Shown: piece after piece, positions 55,838 to 59,345 of the stretch | How the letters are laid out: every line of letters starts with the position of its first letter | How positions within the stretch are numbered: the first letter of the stretch is position 1 | Origin: Saprospiraceae bacterium | GTDB lineage: Bacteria > Bacteroidota > Bacteroidia > Chitinophagales > Saprospiraceae | Direction: 5' to 3' | Assembly (NCBI GenBank): GCA_041640515.1 | Contig: JBEQAD010000002.1 | Location: 11,131-70,475 of the forward strand | DNA length: 59,345 nucleotides | Notes under the pieces: model-generated | Seen by the model: the letters and a program-made list of their open reading frames with translations, nothing else | Databases searched by the model: none | Told to the model about the DNA's origin: nothing | Translations under genes and position numbers: made by a program

Positions 55838-56950
55838 ATGAGCGTATTTGGACAAGAAAGCGCAAAGGCATACTTGCAGCACCTCCTCCAACAAGAGCGG
55901 GTGCCCCATGCTTTGCTCTTCGCCGGCAAGACTGGTTGGGGTACGCTAGCGCTTGCTTTGGAGTTTGCCCGCTGGCTGCAGTGTCATCGCGGACCAGCCT
56001 CTACTCCCGACTGCAGCTGCTCGGCATGCCTGAAAGCCCGCGCCATAAGCCACCCGGATATTCATTTTTCCTACCCCGTCATTGGCGCAAACGCTGTTAG
56101 TGCTGACTATGCTGCCGCCTGGCGTCAAGCCCTAACCGAAAACCCTTGGATGAGTGCTAACGAATGGCTGCAACGTATCGGAGCCGAAAACAAGCAGGGC
56201 AACATCACTAAGGAAGAATGCGTAGCCATCGTCAGGAAATTGAGCCTCAAAACCTTCGAAGGCCCCCACAAAATCCTACTCATGTGGCTGCCCGAATACC
56301 TGGGTAAAGAGGGCAACCGCCTGCTTAAGCTGATAGAAGAGCCGCCACAATACACAATCTTCCTCCTAGTCACTGAAAATACGGACGCCATTTTGCCCAC
56401 CCTCCTGTCGCGATGCCAGTTGGTGAAAACCTATCCACTGCCCGACAAGAGCATAGCAAAGGTGTTGCAAACCGAACAAGGCCTCAGCCCCGAACGCGCC
56501 AGCCAGATTGCTTTCCTGGCGGACGGCGACTATAACATTGCCCTGCAGATAGTGAGTACGCAGGAAAACGATGACGCTCGGCTGCTCGTTGAATGGCTGC
56601 GCCAATGTTGGCGCGGCAACAGCGCCGACTTAGTGCGCTGGGGAGAGCAGTTCGCCCAATGGGGCCGCGAGAACCAGAAAAAATTCTTCACTTACGCCTT
56701 GCACTTCTTGCGCGAACTGCTGGCGCTGAGAGTCAACCCGCAGACACCTCTACGGCTACGCCCAGCAGAGCTAGAAATTGCCCAAAAAATGGCGACAGTG
56801 TTTTCTTTCGAACACATTACCTATCTGGCTAATCGCATCAACGACAACATTACCTACATCGAGCGCAACGCCAATCCTAAAGCCCTCATACTCGACACTT
56901 CCATAGCCATCCACCACTTCATCAAAAGCCCTGCACATGCCCACCCTTGA
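55838..56950 (+). CDS. holB: DNA polymerase III, delta-prime subunit
   Basis: MSVFGQESAKAYLQHLLQQERVPHALLFAGKTGWG (P-loop-like), a Cys cluster CHRGPASTPDCSCSAC and SRC (LLSRCQ). Confidence 0.85.
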   Translation: MSVFGQESAKAYLQHLLQQERVPHALLFAGKTGWGTLALALEFARWLQCHRGPASTPDCSCSACLKARAISHPDIHFSYPVIGANAVSADYAAAWRQALTENPWMSANEWLQRIGAENKQGNITKEECVAIVRKLSLKTFEGPHKILLMWLPEYLGKEGNRLLKLIEEPPQYTIFLLVTENTDAILPTLLSRCQLVKTYPLPDKSIAKVLQTEQGLSPERASQIAFLADGDYNIALQIVSTQENDDARLLVEWLRQCWRGNSADLVRWGEQFAQWGRENQKKFFTYALHFLRELLALRVNPQTPLRLRPAELEIAQKMATVFSFEHITYLANRINDNITYIERNANPKALILDTSIAIHHFIKSPAHAHP

Positions 56951-57005
56951 GCTAAGGGCTCAACTGTATGCCCTTTATACACACTACACGTCCTCTCAAT
57001 ACACC

Positions 57006-57036
57006 TTGAAAACCAAAGTAATCTACCCTATCTTTC
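57006..57036 (+). promoter_or_regulatory. candidate promoter: TTG (57006-57008), 20-nt spacer, near-consensus -7 box TAtcTTTc (57029-57036)
   Basis: One mismatch (final C) to TAnnTTTG, 29 nt upstream of the ATG at 57065. Confidence 0.25.
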
Positions 57037-57064
57037 ACCTAAACACAGCGTTACGAAGCAAACT

Positions 57065-58420
57065 ATGGGCTGTATAGGTTGTTCCTGTTCTACCGGAAAA
57101 GACAGCGTACCCGGTTGCCGCTCTAACGGCGGCTGCGCCACTGGCGGCTGTAACCGCCATAATACGTACGATTGGTTGACAGCCATAGGCATTCAAGATG
57201 CTGAACCGTTCGACATAGTAGAAGTTAGCTTCAAAAACGGTGCTCGCAAAGACTTCTTCAAAAACCCACCGTACACACGCGCCACTACGGGCGACTGGGT
57301 GCTGGTGGAATCGGCTACTGGCGGCTACGATATCGGTACCATTTCGCTGTCGGGCGAATTGGTGCGCCTGCAAATGAAGCGCAAACGCGTACGCCCCGAT
57401 AGCCGTCAGCAAAGCGTCATCCGAAAAGCCCACGAACGCGACCTGGAGCGGCTGGATCAATTGCGCAAATCGGAGCGCGACGTCATGGTTCGCGCCCGCG
57501 CCATCGCCCGCAGCCTCGACCTGAAAATGAAAATTGGCGACGTGGAATTTCAAGGCGATGGACGAAAGTGCACCTTTTACTACACCGCCGACGGACGCGT
57601 GGACTTTCGCGAACTCATCCGACACTACGCCAGCGAATTCAATGTCCGGGTCGAAATGCGCCAAATAGGGGCCCGCCAAGAGTCGGCTCGCATCGGAGGT
57701 ATAGGCAACTGCGGCCGCGAGTTGTGCTGCTCCACTTGGCTGGCCGAATTCAAGAGCGTCAACACGGCTGCCGCTCGTTACCAAAACCTGGCCATCAACC
57801 AGGCCAAGCTGTCGGGAATGTGTGGCCGTCTCAAGTGTTGCCTCAACTACGAACTCGATACCTACATTGACGCGCTGGAGGACTTCCCCGACAAGGCCGA
57901 GCGCCTGAAAACTAAGGCGGGATTAGCTGTCCTTATTAAAACCGATGTCTTCAAACGGCTCATGTACTATACCTATGCCGAAGACCGCGGCAAGCTCTTT
58001 GCCCTGCATGTAGACCAAGTATGGGAGGCCTTGGATAACATCAAAAAAGGCGAGTTCCCAGCGAGCTTGGAGGAGATACTTACCTTGGCCCCTCCTCCGT
58101 CATCTGACGAACCCGACGACGAAGAACAAGAGTACGACTACGAAAGCGTCTCCAATGTGCTGGAATTACCCCTTGAAAAGCGCAAAAAGAAGCGCAAAAA
58201 GAAGCGTAAAAAGCGCGCAGATCAAAGCTTAGCCTCGGCATTAGAACAAACAGCGACATCCGCCTCAACCTCAACACCTCCGCCAACCCAGCAAGAAAAG
58301 CCCAAACCACCAGCAGAACAACCCTCGCCTGCAGCGTCATCAGGCACCAATAATCGCAAAAAGAAAAAAAAGAAGCAGCGCTCTAAACCGCCCGGCAATG
58401 GTACCCCGCCTGCGACTTAA
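57065..58420 (+). CDS. PSP1 domain protein (RicT/YaaT-like) with Cys-rich N-terminus and polybasic low-complexity tail
   Basis: MGCIGCSCSTGKDSVPGCRSNGGCATGGC N-terminus, a PSP1 core, and a CGRELCCSTW...CGRLKCCLNYE Cys motif. The holB-ricT adjacency matches the order in Bacillus. Confidence 0.88.
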   Translation: MGCIGCSCSTGKDSVPGCRSNGGCATGGCNRHNTYDWLTAIGIQDAEPFDIVEVSFKNGARKDFFKNPPYTRATTGDWVLVESATGGYDIGTISLSGELVRLQMKRKRVRPDSRQQSVIRKAHERDLERLDQLRKSERDVMVRARAIARSLDLKMKIGDVEFQGDGRKCTFYYTADGRVDFRELIRHYASEFNVRVEMRQIGARQESARIGGIGNCGRELCCSTWLAEFKSVNTAAARYQNLAINQAKLSGMCGRLKCCLNYELDTYIDALEDFPDKAERLKTKAGLAVLIKTDVFKRLMYYTYAEDRGKLFALHVDQVWEALDNIKKGEFPASLEEILTLAPPPSSDEPDDEEQEYDYESVSNVLELPLEKRKKKRKKKRKKRADQSLASALEQTATSASTSTPPPTQQEKPKPPAEQPSPAASSGTNNRKKKKKKQRSKPPGNGTPPAT

Positions 58421-58479
58421 AGCCCTGCAAACCCACCTGTTGCATCTCTCTTTGCCCCCCTTATCCTTACTCAGACTTT

Positions 58480-59345
58480 ATGCAGTACGACGTTATCATC
58501 ATCGGCTCCGGCCCCGGCGGATACGTAGCCGCCATCCGCTGTGCTCAACTGGGTATGCGCACAGCTATTGTGGAGCGTTATGCCACCCTTGGAGGCACCT
58601 GCCTTAATGTAGGCTGTATCCCGTCTAAAGCTCTGCTCGACTCTTCAGAGCACTACTACGCCGCCAAACATTCTTTCAAAACTCACGGCATCGAACTGAA
58701 AGACCTCAAAGTCAACATGCCGCAGATGATCCGGCGCAAAAACCAGGTAGTGCTGGAGAATAGCAAGGGCGTGGAGTTTCTGATGAAAAAAAACAAAATA
58801 GATGTCTATCACGGCCACGCCTCCTTCCTGACGCCCAAACGCATTCAGATCGCTCAAAAAGAAGGCGGAAACACTACATTGGAAGGGCGTAACATCGTCA
58901 TTGCCACGGGCTCCAAACCCATTGTACCTCCTCATTTCAACTACGATAAGAAGCGCGTCATTACTAGCACTGAGGCCCTCAACATCGAAAAAGTGCCTCA
59001 ACGTATGCTCATCGTGGGCGGTGGAGTAATTGGGCTGGAATTGGGCAGCGTTTATGCCCGACTGGGCACAGAAGTCAGTGTTGTTGAATACTTAGACCGT
59101 ATCCTGCCCACGATGGACGCAGACTGCAGCAGAGAACTGAGCAAAAGCCTAAAAGCCTTAGGGATGCAGTTTTACTTGCGCCATGCCGTTACAGAAGTAA
59201 CTCCCTCTGAAAGCAGCGTACGAGTGGTAGCTCAGAATCGCGATGATGCGAGCAAGACCCTGACTTTCGAAGTGGATTATTGCCTAGTTGCCATTGGTCG
59301 CCGACCTTATACCGACGGGTTAGGATTAGAGCACATCGGTCTCAC
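58480..59345 (+). CDS. lpdA: dihydrolipoyl dehydrogenase, N-terminal 288 codons (runs off the window)
   Basis: Not in the ORF track. Translation from the ATG at 58480 gives MQYDVIIIGSGPGGYVAAIRCAQLGMRTAIVERYATLGGTCLNVGCIPSKALLD... This contains an FAD-binding GxGxxG and the redox-active CLNVGC motif. Confidence 0.93.
   Translation, partial: MQYDVIIIGSGPGGYVAAIRCAQLGMRTAIVERYATLGGTCLNVGCIPSKALLDSSEHYYAAKHSFKTHGIELKDLKVNMPQMIRRKNQVVLENSKGVEFLMKKNKIDVYHGHASFLTPKRIQIAQKEGGNTTLEGRNIVIATGSKPIVPPHFNYDKKRVITSTEALNIEKVPQRMLIVGGGVIGLELGSVYARLGTEVSVVEYLDRILPTMDADCSRELSKSLKALGMQFYLRHAVTEVTPSESSVRVVAQNRDDASKTLTFEVDYCLVAIGRRPYTDGLGLEHIGL

Noticed and set aside
57035-57784. 249-aa minus-strand ORF antisense to the PSP1/RicT gene
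   Set aside because: It lies entirely within a strongly supported plus-strand gene. Its Ala/Gly/Val/Arg-rich composition is typical of antisense frames in GC-rich coding DNA. It has no promoter box or recognisable motif.
1-59345. CRISPR arrays, transposases/IS elements, prophage genes, toxin-antitoxin pairs, rRNA
   Set aside because: Reading both strands, I found no regularly spaced repeats, no DDE, tyrosine- or serine-recombinase-like ORFs, and no rRNA-like sequence. A full repeat search by computer would be needed to exclude short dispersed repeats.

Overview
This window is a chromosomal, mostly housekeeping segment that looks like a Bacteroidota genome (a Cytophagia-like guess). Three observations support that. 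The Bacteroidota sigma-A -7 box TAnnTTTG occurs just upstream of about 20 start sites. Shine-Dalgarno sequences are weak or absent. The gene content is typical of the phylum: a BatA-type N-terminal anchor protein, DUF3078-, DUF4783- and GSCFA-like proteins, and a SurA-SurA-BamA block. I call about 53 CDS, including two edge-truncated genes missing from the ORF track (panD at the left edge, lpdA at the right edge), and one tRNA-His. I see no rRNA, CRISPR array, transposase or integrase. The ORF track uses the longest ATG/GTG/TTG ORFs, so many starts are 5'-extended. I trimmed them using N-terminal homology patterns and the positions of the -7 boxes. I found no clear-cut novel multi-gene system. 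The best leads are: (1) a cytoplasmic trypsin-like protease fused to a zinc ribbon and a YbjN-like domain, tightly linked to a partner protein with its own YbjN-like domain; (2) a cluster of DnaA-box-like sites, an AT-rich tract and a perfect palindrome at the class Ia ribonucleotide reductase promoter, followed by a terminator-containing leader and a yegP gene inserted between nrdB and nrdA; (3) an orphan plus-strand terminator and a structured RNA candidate in an unusually long AT-rich convergent spacer after lysS; (4) a divergent ECF sigma / anti-sigma / orphan PAS histidine kinase / aroK unit preceded by a roughly 500-bp ORF-free spacer. All family assignments come from reading the translations and from memory of family motifs. 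No database search was run.
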